Of a DNA stretch of 64,000 nt, positions 51,927-61,532 are shown in pieces. The stretch is from contig QJZR01000014.1 in NCBI GenBank assembly GCA_003246625.1, positions 7,219-71,218 on the forward strand, given 5' to 3'. The notes under the pieces were generated by a model. The model was not told the DNA's origin, ran no database searches, and saw nothing but the letters and a program-made list of their open reading frames with translations. This DNA is from Alphaproteobacteria bacterium. GTDB taxonomy: Bacteria > Pseudomonadota > Alphaproteobacteria > Rhodospirillales > Rhodospirillaceae. The position numbers and the translations under genes were made by a program. Positions within the stretch are counted from its first letter, which is position 1. Each line of letters begins with the position of its first letter.

Positions 51927-53276
51927 ATGAGCACGGACGACAAGGAAGCCAAGCGCGACGAAGCCGACGAGACCGTCGCCGTGGCGGAGGCGGAACCGGC
52001 GGACGGGGAAGATCCGGCGCCCGAGGATGCCGTCGCCGACGGCGAAGAGGCGTCTTCCTCCGGCGGTGGCCGGTCCATTCTTGCCGTGGCCCTTCTTCTC
52101 GCCTTCGCCGGACTGGGCGGCTATGCCTCGCTGCCCTATTGGCGGTCCTCGGTTCCCGAGCCCTACCGCAGCTATCTGCCCGACCTGCCGCCCAGCGAGA
52201 CCCGCTCCCTGATCGGCGGCCTGGAAAACACCATCGCCGCCAACCGCGCCGAACTGGCCCGCTTGCAGGCCGAGGTGAAGACCCTGCGCGGCGAGGTCGA
52301 GGAATTCGCCGACGCGGTCTCGCCCGAGGCCGCCCCGGCGCGCGGCGAAATCGCCGCGCTGAAGGAACGGATGATCGGGCTGGAGGCGCGCATCCGGGTG
52401 CTCGGCGCCAGCGGGCCGGTGTCCGGCGCGGCGTTGCCGCCCGCGTCCGCCGCCGCCGCCGACCTGTTGCACCGCATGGATCTTCTGGCGGGCGGCATCG
52501 AACGCCAGGCCGAGGCGCTCAAGACCCTGGCGGCGAAGGAAGACACTCGCGCCCAGCAGCAGAAGGAGGCGATGGCCGAGCTCGTCCGCCGCGTCGACGC
52601 GGTGGAGTCCAGCCGCGCCGAGGCGTCGAGCGTGCTGCGCCTGTCCGACCGCATCAACGACGTGGAGAACCTGGCTCGCGCCATGGCGTCGCGGCATGAC
52701 GCCTCGCTCGCCAACCTTTTGGCGGTGGTGCAGTTGCGCGCCAAGGCCGCCGATGGCCTGCCCTTCGACGCCGAAATCCGCACCGCCCGCGCCCTGGCCG
52801 AGGACAAGGACGCCTTCGACGCCCTGGCCGGAAAGTTCGTCGCCCAGGCGGGTTCCGGCGTCGCCACCACGGTGGCGCTGCGCCGTGGCTTCGATTCGTT
52901 GTCCGCCGCCGCCGCCCGCGCCGCCGCCGCGCCGCAGGGCGATTCGATCCTCGACAAGACGATCGGCCGGGTCACCGGCCTGATCACGGTGCGCCGCATC
53001 GACGGCAAGGAGGACGGCAAGACCACCACCGCCATCCTGGCCCGGGCCGAAACCTTCATCGACGCGGGCGACCTGTCCGGCGCGGTGAAGGAACTGAAGA
53101 CGATCGACGCCCCGGCGGTGGCCGCCGCGCTGGCCTCCTGGATCGAACGGGCGGAGGCCCGCGTCGCCCTGGACGCGGCACTGTCCACCCTGACCGCCGA
53201 CGCCTTGGCTCGCGTCGCCGCCGGCGCGGCGCAGACGCCCGCCCCGGCGCAGCCGACGCAGAAGAAGGGGAGCTGA
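51927..53276 (+). CDS. COG4223/mitofilin-like coiled-coil membrane protein
   Basis: Acidic N-terminus, one TM helix, long coiled coil, C-terminal LITVRR..ILARAE..GDL.GAV.EL; conserved position after hemD. Confidence 0.85.
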   Translation: MSTDDKEAKRDEADETVAVAEAEPADGEDPAPEDAVADGEEASSSGGGRSILAVALLLAFAGLGGYASLPYWRSSVPEPYRSYLPDLPPSETRSLIGGLENTIAANRAELARLQAEVKTLRGEVEEFADAVSPEAAPARGEIAALKERMIGLEARIRVLGASGPVSGAALPPASAAAADLLHRMDLLAGGIERQAEALKTLAAKEDTRAQQQKEAMAELVRRVDAVESSRAEASSVLRLSDRINDVENLARAMASRHDASLANLLAVVQLRAKAADGLPFDAEIRTARALAEDKDAFDALAGKFVAQAGSGVATTVALRRGFDSLSAAAARAAAAPQGDSILDKTIGRVTGLITVRRIDGKEDGKTTTAILARAETFIDAGDLSGAVKELKTIDAPAVAAALASWIERAEARVALDAALSTLTADALARVAAGAAQTPAPAQPTQKKGS

Positions 53277-53280
53277 GGCG

Positions 53281-54474
53281 ATGCTGCGCATCCTGGGATA
53301 TCTGATTGCGGTCGCCGCCCTGATCGGCGGCGCGGTCTGGCTGGCCGACAACCCCGGCCTGGTGACGGTGCGCTGGCTGTCCTGGCGCCTCGACGCCTCG
53401 GTACCGGTGGTGCTGCTGGCGATGGCGGCGGCGATGGCCGCGCTGGGTTTCGTCTGGCGGGTGGTTTCCGGCTTTCTGGGGTTGCCCGGGGCGTTTGCCC
53501 GGCGTGCCCGCGAACGCCGCCAGGTGAAGGGTACCGCCGCCCTGGCCGGGGCGCTGACCGCCCTGGCCGGAGGCGACCACGTCGCGGCGCGGCGCGGTCT
53601 CAAGGATGCCGACAAGGCGTTGAAGAATCCGCAACTGGTTCACCTGTTGGCGGCGCAGATCGACCGCGACGCGGGTGATCGCGTCGCGGCGGCGGCGCAT
53701 TACCGCGCCTTGACCGAGACCCCGGACACCGAACTTGCCGGGCTGCGCGGCCTGATCGAGACCCTGCCCGCCGACGACGCCGAGCTTCGCGCCCTGGCCG
53801 AGCGGGCGTTTTCCCGCGCGCCGGGCGCGGCCTGGGCGGCACGCGCCGCCTATGCCTCCGACCTTGCCGCCGGACGGCTGGAATCGGCGGAGGCCGCGTT
53901 GTCCGCGGCGCGCAAGAAGGGGGCCTTCGACGACGGCGCGGCGGCAGCGGAACGGGCCCGTCTGGCCATTGCGCGCGCCCAGGCGGCGCGCGGCGAGGGC
54001 CGTCTGGCCGACGCGGCGAAGCTGGCGCGCGAGGCGCTGGAATTTTCCCCCGGCAACGAGGAAGCGGCGCTGATCCTGGCCCGCGTCCACGATGCCGATG
54101 GCCGCGCCAAGAAGGCCGCCGAAGTGTTGAAGGCGCAATGGGAGGCGGCGCCCTCGCCCGCGATTCTGGCCGCTTGGCTGGAACTCTGGCGGGAGGAGGA
54201 CGCCCCCGCCCAGGTGCAGCGGGTCCGCGATCTGGTCGCGGTCAATCCCGACCACGCGGAAAGCCGTCTGGCGCTGGCCGACGCGGCCCTGCGCGCCGGG
54301 TTTCTGGCCGAGGCGCGGGGTGCTCTGACGCCGCTTCTCGGCCCCGACGCGAAGCGCGGCGAGGCCGGGCGCGCCGCCCTGGCGATGGCCCGCGTGCTGG
54401 CCGCCGAGGGGGCCGACGCCGTCTCGTTGCGCGAATGGATCGAGCGGGCCGCACAGCTTCTTGCGGCGGCCTGA
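53281..54474 (+). CDS. HemY N-terminal domain / TPR membrane protein
   Basis: MLRILGYLIAV..WLADNPG.VTVRW, two TM helices, TPR-like repeats. Confidence 0.85.
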   Translation: MLRILGYLIAVAALIGGAVWLADNPGLVTVRWLSWRLDASVPVVLLAMAAAMAALGFVWRVVSGFLGLPGAFARRARERRQVKGTAALAGALTALAGGDHVAARRGLKDADKALKNPQLVHLLAAQIDRDAGDRVAAAAHYRALTETPDTELAGLRGLIETLPADDAELRALAERAFSRAPGAAWAARAAYASDLAAGRLESAEAALSAARKKGAFDDGAAAAERARLAIARAQAARGEGRLADAAKLAREALEFSPGNEEAALILARVHDADGRAKKAAEVLKAQWEAAPSPAILAAWLELWREEDAPAQVQRVRDLVAVNPDHAESRLALADAALRAGFLAEARGALTPLLGPDAKRGEAGRAALAMARVLAAEGADAVSLREWIERAAQLLAAA

Positions 54475-54484
54475 CCCGGAGGAC

Positions 54485-54513
54485 TTGCCAAGCGGGGAAA
54501 ATCTCCGTATCTT
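54485..54513 (+). promoter_or_regulatory. Putative sigma70 promoter of tRNA-Thr
   Basis: TTGCCA-N17-TATCTT. Confidence 0.55.
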
Positions 54514-54537
54514 CCCGCCCCTCGTCACAGAGGAATC

Positions 54538-54612
<75 letters not shown>

Positions 54613-54662
54613 TCTTCCGGCCGGGCCCGCGGGGCGGGGCGGCCGCGAAGCCGGGGCCCGTC

Positions 54663-55274
54663 ATGTCCGAAGCGCGAGAATCTTCCGAAGAATCCGAAAT
54701 TTCCCTGCCGCAGTCGGTGGAGCAGCTTGGCCCCGCCCTGCGCCACGCCCGCCGCATGCGCGGCCTGCGCCTGAAGGATCTGGCGCAGCTGGCGGGATGT
54801 TCGGAAAGCATGCTGTCGAAGATCGAGACCGGCGGCGTCATCCCCTCGCTCGCCCTGCTGCGCCGCATCGTCGACGGGCTGGAGGTCAGCATTCTCGGCC
54901 TGTTCGGCGCCCCCGACGCCACCGAGCACATGGTCCACCGGGCCGGGTCGCGCCCCAAGGTCAGCGTCGGCCGGGTCGGTCCGCTGCCCGGCGTGGTGCT
55001 GGAGCTTCTGATGCCGCGCGGCGAGGGCGTGATGCTGGAGGCGAACATCCACACCGTCAGCCCCGGCGGCTCCTCGGCGGGGGCGACCAGCCACGTCGGC
55101 GAGGAGTTCGGCTATGTCCTGGATGGCGAGCTGGACCTGACCGTCGACGGCCGCACCGACCGCCTGCGGCGGGGCGATTCGTTCTATTTCCGCTCGGAAA
55201 AGCCCCACTCCTACCGCAATCCGGGCCTGGTTCCCGCCCGCGTGCTGTGGGTCAACACGCCGCCCACCTACTGA
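54663..55274 (+). CDS. XRE-family HTH plus cupin transcriptional regulator
   Basis: LRHARRMRGLRLKDLAQLAGCSESMLSKIETG; cupin HVGEEFGYVLDGEL..GDSFYF..PHSYRN. Confidence 0.93.
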   Translation: MSEARESSEESEISLPQSVEQLGPALRHARRMRGLRLKDLAQLAGCSESMLSKIETGGVIPSLALLRRIVDGLEVSILGLFGAPDATEHMVHRAGSRPKVSVGRVGPLPGVVLELLMPRGEGVMLEANIHTVSPGGSSAGATSHVGEEFGYVLDGELDLTVDGRTDRLRRGDSFYFRSEKPHSYRNPGLVPARVLWVNTPPTY

Positions 55275-55513
55275 GCAGGCCGCGCTTCCGCGCCGCCGCC
55301 GCGCCGGAGTCGCCCGCGCGGCGCGCGCCTTGCCGCGCCGCATACGTCTGCACGCTTTGCAGGCGCTTATGCCTATAATTTAAGCGCGCATTATTTTTGT
55401 GCATAAATTCGTTCAAGTCACTTGAATTTGAAATTTCCTCTGGGCACTCTGGACCGGCTTAACCCTGTCGGGCGGGCGGTTCCGTCCGGCGCTGGGACAC
55501 AGAGGAGTCCAAG

Positions 55514-56686
55514 ATGCACACCATTCTCCGTTTCGGCGTCGGCGCGATGTTGTCCGCGGCGCTGGCGGCCGCGCCGATGGCCGGGGCGTCCGCGAAAGAC
55601 AAGGTGAAGGTCGCCTTCATCGGCCCGCTCTCCGGCGGCAACGCCTCGATCGGCGTCGGCGGCCGCAATTCCGCCGATCTGGCGGTGAAGATCCGCAACG
55701 CCGACCCCAAGGCGAAGTACACCTACGAATTGTTCAGCCAGGACGACGAGTGCAAGCCCAACGTCGGCGTGCAGGTGGCGACCAAGGCCGCGTCCGACCC
55801 CAAGACCGTCGCCGCCATCGCCCATTATTGCTCCGCCGTGGCGATGAGCACGGTGGACGTCTATCACAAGTTCGGCATGCCGATGATCGTCTGGGGCGCG
55901 GTGCTGCCCGACATCACCTATGGCAACGACTATAAGGAAATCCACCGCGTCAACGGCACCATGGTCAACCAGAACGAAGTCGCCGCCGACTTCATGACCA
56001 AGCAGGGCTTCAAGACCTGGGTGATCCTTCACGACACCACCGACTACGGCAAGGGCCACAACGCCTATTTCTCGAAGTTCCTGAAGGAAAAGGGCGGCAA
56101 TGTTCTGGCCACCTTCGGCGTCACCGCCGACCAGCAGGACTTTACCGCCGAACTGACCAAGGCGAAGGAACTGAAGCCCGACGTCATCTATTTCGGCGGC
56201 CTGACCCCGCTCGGCGTGCGCATCCGCCAGCAGATGGACAAGCTGGGGATCAAGGCGCAGTTCGAGGGCGTTTCCGGCATCGTCTCCGCCGCCTTCATCG
56301 AAGGTCTGGATCCCAAGCTGGCCGAGGGCATCCTTGCCTTCCGCGAGGGCGCGCCGGTCGAGAAGCTGCCTGGAGGCAAGTACTTCATGGAGCAGTACGA
56401 CAAGGCGAAGTACGACCAGGGCCCGGATGCCTATGGCGCTTTCTCCTTCGCCGCCACGACCCTGGTCCTCGACGCCATCGAGGCGGTCGGCCCCAACCGC
56501 AAGAAGGTCACCGAGTACCTGTCCAAGGTGCAGAACAAGGACAGCATCACCGGCCCGATCTCCTTCGACGACCACGGCCAGAACACCGTCGCCGCGATCA
56601 CCAAGTACGTGATCCAGGACGGCAAGTGGGTGCTGTGGGAAGACAGCGAGTACGCCGCCGGCAAGCGCAAGCTGGCCGGGAAGTAA
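55514..56686 (+). CDS. Branched-chain amino acid-type ABC transporter substrate-binding protein
   Basis: Signal peptide, IGPLSGGNA, DDECKP, HYCSAV, HDTTDYGKG. Confidence 0.95.
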   Translation: MHTILRFGVGAMLSAALAAAPMAGASAKDKVKVAFIGPLSGGNASIGVGGRNSADLAVKIRNADPKAKYTYELFSQDDECKPNVGVQVATKAASDPKTVAAIAHYCSAVAMSTVDVYHKFGMPMIVWGAVLPDITYGNDYKEIHRVNGTMVNQNEVAADFMTKQGFKTWVILHDTTDYGKGHNAYFSKFLKEKGGNVLATFGVTADQQDFTAELTKAKELKPDVIYFGGLTPLGVRIRQQMDKLGIKAQFEGVSGIVSAAFIEGLDPKLAEGILAFREGAPVEKLPGGKYFMEQYDKAKYDQGPDAYGAFSFAATTLVLDAIEAVGPNRKKVTEYLSKVQNKDSITGPISFDDHGQNTVAAITKYVIQDGKWVLWEDSEYAAGKRKLAGK

Positions 56687-56694
56687 CCTTCATC

Positions 56695-56720
56695 GGGGGC
56701 GCGAACGCGGTCGCGCCCCC
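56695..56720 (+). other. Intercistronic hairpin (probable mRNA stabiliser)
   Basis: GGGGGCGCGA-ACGCGG-TCGCGCCCCC after the binding-protein gene. Confidence 0.55.
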
Positions 56721-56753
56721 TTCGTCCTTCGTGGAAAGAAACGAGCGCAAACC

Positions 56754-57668
56754 ATGGCACTTCTGGGACAATACCTGGTCAACGGCATCATGCTGGGCAC
56801 CATCTATGCCTTGGTCGCGGTGGGCTTCACCCTGTTCTTCGGGGTGCTGGACGTGATCAAGTTTTCCCATGGCGACGTGCTGATGGTCGGCGCCTTCGCC
56901 GGGTTCACCGCCGCGATGGCGGTGGCGGCGGTGGGAATTTCCAACCCCGTTCTGCAATTGGCGGCCAGCGTCGTCTTCGCCCTGTCGGTCACCGCCGCCC
57001 TCGGCGCGGCGATCGCCAAGTGGCTGATCCTGCCCTTGAAGCACGCGCCGCGCATGAACATCCTGCTGGTCACCCTGATGCTGGGCACCGCCCTGCGCGA
57101 GGCGGTGCGCCTGTTCTATCCCGACGGTTCCAATCCCAAGGCGTTTCCCGCCCTGCTGCCGACCTCGGCCCTGACCCTGGGGGATTTCACCCTGCGCGCC
57201 GACAGCGCCATTCTGGTCGCGGCGGGGATTTCGGTGATCGTCGGCCTGCACCTTCTGATCAACCGCACCCGCCTGGGCCTGGCCATCCGCGCCGTCGCCC
57301 AGGACGAGGAAACCGCCCGCACCATGGGCATCAATTATGCCCTGGTCGTCCTCGTCACCTTCGCCCTGGGGTCCGGCATCGCCGCGGTCGCCGGGGTGAT
57401 GAACGGCCTCTACTACAACGAGGTCAACTTCGGCATGGGCCTTTTGCTCGGCCTGATCGGCTTTTCCGCCGCGATCATCGGCGGCCTGGGCAACCTTTAC
57501 GGCGCGATTCTCGGCGGCTTCCTCTTCGCCATGCTGCAGATGCTGGGCGCCGTGGCGATGCCCTTCGCCTCCGCCTACAAGGACGTCTTCGCCTTCGCCG
57601 TGGTCATCGCCCTGATGGCGTGGAAGCCCACCGGCCTGATCCCCGAACGCGCCAGCGAGCGAGTCTGA
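56754..57668 (+). CDS. LivH-like ABC permease
   Basis: LVNGIMLGTIYALVAVGFTL, RTRLGLAIRAVAQD, AAIIGGLG. Confidence 0.95.
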   Translation: MALLGQYLVNGIMLGTIYALVAVGFTLFFGVLDVIKFSHGDVLMVGAFAGFTAAMAVAAVGISNPVLQLAASVVFALSVTAALGAAIAKWLILPLKHAPRMNILLVTLMLGTALREAVRLFYPDGSNPKAFPALLPTSALTLGDFTLRADSAILVAAGISVIVGLHLLINRTRLGLAIRAVAQDEETARTMGINYALVVLVTFALGSGIAAVAGVMNGLYYNEVNFGMGLLLGLIGFSAAIIGGLGNLYGAILGGFLFAMLQMLGAVAMPFASAYKDVFAFAVVIALMAWKPTGLIPERASERV

Positions 57669-57670
57669 CC

Positions 57671-58840
57671 ATGAACCAGCTTTTCTCCCGCATGCCGCCG
57701 CTTGCCGCCGCCGCCCTGGCCGCCTTGCTGGCCTTCGTCTTCGCCGTGGTCTTCATGGAGCAGGAAAGCGACGTCGCGGTGATTTCGCTGCTTGCCCTGG
57801 GCGCCGTCGCCGCTTGGGGGGCCGGACGCGTGGGCCTGTCCCGCCGGGTGTCCGCCGCCGCCGCCACCCGTCCCGGCGCGGTCGCCGCGCTGGGCGGCGC
57901 GGTGGCGCTGGGCCTGTTGGCGGTCTTCGCCGAGGATCACTTCCCGCTGCTGATGCTGTCGACGGTGATGCTGTACGCCACCGTGGCGTTGGGGCTCAAC
58001 GTGCAGTTCGGCTATACCGGCGTGGTCAACTTCGCTGGCGCCGCCTTCTTCGGCATCGGCGCCTATACCGCCGCCGAACTGGTCGGCCGCACCGCTTTGC
58101 CGCCGATTCTGGTGTTGCCGCTGGGCGGATTGATCGCCGCCGTCGTCGGCCTGGTCCTGGTGGTGCCGGTGGTGCGCACCCGGGGCCATTACGCCGCCGT
58201 CGTCACCATCGCCTTCTCGGTGCTGTTCAAGACCTTCCTCGAGGTCAACGACACCCTGGGCGGTCCCCAGGGGCTGAGCGTCGCGCCGTTGTCCCTGTTC
58301 GGCTGGTCGTTCGGCGAAGGGCCGGAGATCCTGGGGATTTCCGCCTCGTTCTACCTCAACTACGCGCTCGCCGCCCTGGCGGTTCTGGCGCTGGCCTTCG
58401 TCATGGTGCGGCGGCTGGAACGTTCGTGGATCGGCCTGTCGCTGGACGCGGTGCGCCTGGACGAGACCGCCTCCGCCTGCTACGGCATCGGCATCCGCCG
58501 GTCGAAGATCCTGGCCTTCGTCGTCGGCAACCTGGTGATCGGCACCGCGGGCGCCCTTTACGGCAGCATGCTGGGCTATATCGCGCCGACCAGTTTCACC
58601 TTCTCCGACAGTCTGATCCTGGTGGCGATCGTGCTTTTGGGCGGCATGGGCAGCCCGTGGGGCACCGTCTTCGCCGCCGCCATCGTCGTCATCCTGCCGG
58701 AGAAGCTGCAAGCCATTCAGGAGTACCGCTTCCTGCTGTTCTCGGTGGTGGTGATGGCGATCCTGCTGTTCCGCCCCGAGGGTCTGTTGCCCCGCGCGGT
58801 CCGCCGCTACATGCCCGCCCCCAAGGAGGTTGCCCGATGA
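57671..58840 (+). CDS. LivM-like ABC permease
   Basis: ALGLNVQFGYTG, AFFGIGAY, RGHYAAVVTIAF, IVLLGGMGS, RPEGLLP. Confidence 0.93.
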   Translation: MNQLFSRMPPLAAAALAALLAFVFAVVFMEQESDVAVISLLALGAVAAWGAGRVGLSRRVSAAAATRPGAVAALGGAVALGLLAVFAEDHFPLLMLSTVMLYATVALGLNVQFGYTGVVNFAGAAFFGIGAYTAAELVGRTALPPILVLPLGGLIAAVVGLVLVVPVVRTRGHYAAVVTIAFSVLFKTFLEVNDTLGGPQGLSVAPLSLFGWSFGEGPEILGISASFYLNYALAALAVLALAFVMVRRLERSWIGLSLDAVRLDETASACYGIGIRRSKILAFVVGNLVIGTAGALYGSMLGYIAPTSFTFSDSLILVAIVLLGGMGSPWGTVFAAAIVVILPEKLQAIQEYRFLLFSVVVMAILLFRPEGLLPRAVRRYMPAPKEVAR

Positions 58841-59673
58841 TGCAAGTCGAAACCGCCCTCGCCCTGGATACTCTCGGCCTGCCGATCACCCCCGAACGTC
58901 TGCTCGACATTCAGGGGTTGGCGAAAAGCTTCGGCGGCGTGCGCGCCCTGAACGACGTGTCGTTCTCGCTCGGACGCGGCGAAATTCTCGGCCTGATCGG
59001 CCCCAACGGCTCGGGGAAGACCACCTCGTTCAACGTGCTGACCGGGCTCTACCGGCCCGACGGCGGAAAGATCCTTTTCGACGGCGCCGACATCACCGGC
59101 AATTCGCCGCAGGCGGTCTATCGCGCCGGGATCGCGCGGACCTTCCAGCGGTCGCGCCTGTGCCTGGAGCTGTCGATCTTCGACAACATCATGGTCGGCA
59201 ACCATGCCCGCCTGAATCACGGCCTGATGTTCAACCTGTTCCAGCGCAAGGCCTTCCGCCTGGAGGTGGAAAGCGCCCTGGCCGAGGCGACCGAACTTGC
59301 CGCCTCGTTCAGCCCGAACCTGGCCGCCGCGATGTTCGAGCCGGTCGGCGCCCTGCCGATGATCGAACGCCGCCGCATCGAAATCTGCCGCGCCCTGATC
59401 TCGCGGCCGAAGCTTCTGCTTCTCGACGAGCCGTCCGCCGGGATGACCCACGACGAGACGCACCAGCTGATGGACGACATTCTGGCGGTGCGCGAACGCC
59501 AGGGCGGTCTGTCCATCATCATCATCGAACACGAAATGGGCGTCATCGAACGGGTGAGCGACCATTGCGTGGTGTTGAATTACGGCGAGAAGATCGCCGA
59601 GGGCTCGTACCAGGACATCGCCTCCGACCGTCTGGTGCAGGAAGCTTATCTGGGGTCGGAGGTGGGTCGTTGA
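58837..59673 (+). CDS. LivG-like ABC ATP-binding protein
   Basis: KSFGGVRAL, GPNGSGKTT, ARTFQ, LLLDEPSAGM, IIEHEM. Confidence 0.93.
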   Translation: MMQVETALALDTLGLPITPERLLDIQGLAKSFGGVRALNDVSFSLGRGEILGLIGPNGSGKTTSFNVLTGLYRPDGGKILFDGADITGNSPQAVYRAGIARTFQRSRLCLELSIFDNIMVGNHARLNHGLMFNLFQRKAFRLEVESALAEATELAASFSPNLAAAMFEPVGALPMIERRRIEICRALISRPKLLLLDEPSAGMTHDETHQLMDDILAVRERQGGLSIIIIEHEMGVIERVSDHCVVLNYGEKIAEGSYQDIASDRLVQEAYLGSEVGR

Positions 59674-59675
59674 AC

Positions 59676-60398
59676 ATGGTTGACGCTTCGGTTCCCGCCA
59701 TCGAGATCACCGGGCTTTGCACCGCCTATGACAAGGCGGACGTGCTGCAGGACGTCTCCCTCGTCGTGCCGCAGGGACAGATCACCTGTCTTCTGGGGTC
59801 CAACGGCGCGGGCAAGACGACCCTGATCCGTTCCATCCTCGGGCTTACCCCGCCGCACGCGGGCAGCATCAAGATCTTCGGCGAGGAGGTCGGCGGCCTG
59901 CCCACCCATCGCGTGGTGGCCAAGGGGGTCGCCTGCATCCCCGAGGGACGGCGGATGTTTCCCAAGCTGACGGTGGCGGAAAACCTGCGCCTGGGCGCCT
60001 ATCAAGAGCCGGACGAGGCGGAAATCCGCCGCCGTCTGGACGAGGTCTACGCCGCCTTCCCCCGGCTGGCGGAACGGCGCGGCCAGTTGGCAGGGACGAT
60101 GTCGGGCGGCGAGCAGGCGATGGTGTCGATCGGCCGCGGCCTGATGGGCAAACCCCGCGTGCTGTTGATCGACGAGCCGTCGCTCGGCCTCTCCCCCCTC
60201 TACGTCAAGGAGAACTTCCGCATCATCGAAAGCGTCCGGGCGAAGGGGTTGACGGTGTTCCTGGTCGAGCAGAACGTGCATCAGACCCTGGCCATCTCCG
60301 ACACCGGGTACGTGGTGTCCGGCGGTCGCGTCGTCGCCAGCGGCACCGCCGAGCAACTGCGCAACGATTCGGAAGTCCATGCCGCGTATTTTGGGTAG
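59676..60398 (+). CDS. LivF-like ABC ATP-binding protein
   Basis: GSNGAGKTT, PEGRRMF, MSGGEQAM, IDEPSLGL, LVEQN; start ATG 59676 or TTG 59670. Confidence 0.93.
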   Translation: MVDASVPAIEITGLCTAYDKADVLQDVSLVVPQGQITCLLGSNGAGKTTLIRSILGLTPPHAGSIKIFGEEVGGLPTHRVVAKGVACIPEGRRMFPKLTVAENLRLGAYQEPDEAEIRRRLDEVYAAFPRLAERRGQLAGTMSGGEQAMVSIGRGLMGKPRVLLIDEPSLGLSPLYVKENFRIIESVRAKGLTVFLVEQNVHQTLAISDTGYVVSGGRVVASGTAEQLRNDSEVHAAYFG

Positions 60399-60404
60399 GT
60401 AAGG

Positions 60405-61532
60405 ATGAGCGTTTCCACGGACGGGGTGGCGCTGACGCGCGACCTCTTGGCCTTTCGTACCGTCAACCCGCCGGGCGAGGAACGCGCCTGCGCCGCCTTC
60501 CTGGGCGACCTGCTGACCCGTGCCGGGTTTTCCTGCACCTTGCAGCCGGTGGGGGACGGCCGCGCCAACCTGATCGCCCGCATCGGGCGCGGCGGTCCGG
60601 CACCCCTGGTCTTCACCGGCCACATCGACACCGTGCCCCTGGGCGCAGCGCCGTGGAGCGCCGACCCCTTCGCCGGGGATATCCGCGACGGGCGCCTCTA
60701 CGGACGGGGCAGCAGCGACATGAAAAGCGGCGTCGCCGCCTTCGTCGCCGCGGCGATTTCCCGCGCCGCCGATCTGGCCGCCGGGCCGGAGGTGGTGCTG
60801 GCGATCACCGCGGGCGAGGAAACCGGCTGCGACGGCGCCCGCGCCCTGGCCGCCGCGGGGACGATCGGTCCCGCCGCCCTGCTGCTGGTCGGCGAGCCCA
60901 CCGCCAACGCGCCGATGATCGGCCACAAGGGGGCGCTGTGGCTGAAGGCGGCGATGCATGGGGTCACCGCCCATGGTTCGATGCCCGAACACGGCGACAA
61001 CGCGGTCTATAAGGCGGCGCGCGCCATCGTCCGGCTGTCGGAGTTCGACTTCAACGTCGCCCGCCATCCGGTCCTCGGCGGCCCCACCCTCAACGTCGGC
61101 ACCGTGTCCGGCGGCTTGAACATCAATTCCGTGCCCGACCGGGCGGAAGTGGGGATCGACGTGCGCACCATTCCGGGGATGGACCATGCCCGTCTGCGCG
61201 AGGGCCTTTCCGGCCTGATCGGCGAGGAGGCGGAAATCGACACCCTGTTCGACCTGCCCGGGGTGTGGACCGACCCGGCGGCCCCCTGGGCGGCGCGCGT
61301 CATCGCCGCCGCCGCCGAGGTGACCGGCGAACCCTTCGCCGCCAAGGGGCCGGCCTATTTCACCGACGCCTCGGTGCTGACCCCGGCGCTGGGCGGCCCG
61401 CCGACCCTGATCCTGGGGCCGGGGCAGCCGGAAATGGCGCACCAGACCGACGAATACGCCGAGGTGGCGCGCATCGATCAGGCGGTGGAGATTTATCGCC
61501 GGGTTCTCGACGACTGGCGGAGGGCGGCATGA
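60405..61532 (+). CDS. M20 family metallo-amidohydrolase (ArgE/DapE-like)
   Basis: FTGHIDTVP, YGRGSSDMKSG, GEETG, VGEPT, HGVTAHGS, FTDA, AHQTDE. Confidence 0.93.
   Translation: MSVSTDGVALTRDLLAFRTVNPPGEERACAAFLGDLLTRAGFSCTLQPVGDGRANLIARIGRGGPAPLVFTGHIDTVPLGAAPWSADPFAGDIRDGRLYGRGSSDMKSGVAAFVAAAISRAADLAAGPEVVLAITAGEETGCDGARALAAAGTIGPAALLLVGEPTANAPMIGHKGALWLKAAMHGVTAHGSMPEHGDNAVYKAARAIVRLSEFDFNVARHPVLGGPTLNVGTVSGGLNINSVPDRAEVGIDVRTIPGMDHARLREGLSGLIGEEAEIDTLFDLPGVWTDPAAPWAARVIAAAAEVTGEPFAAKGPAYFTDASVLTPALGGPPTLILGPGQPEMAHQTDEYAEVARIDQAVEIYRRVLDDWRRAA

Noticed and set aside
55380-55394. CtrA boxes TTAA-N7-TTAT (55380) and TTAA-N7-TTGA (9109)
   Set aside because: Imperfect matches upstream of non-cell-cycle genes; likely chance in AT-rich promoter DNA.
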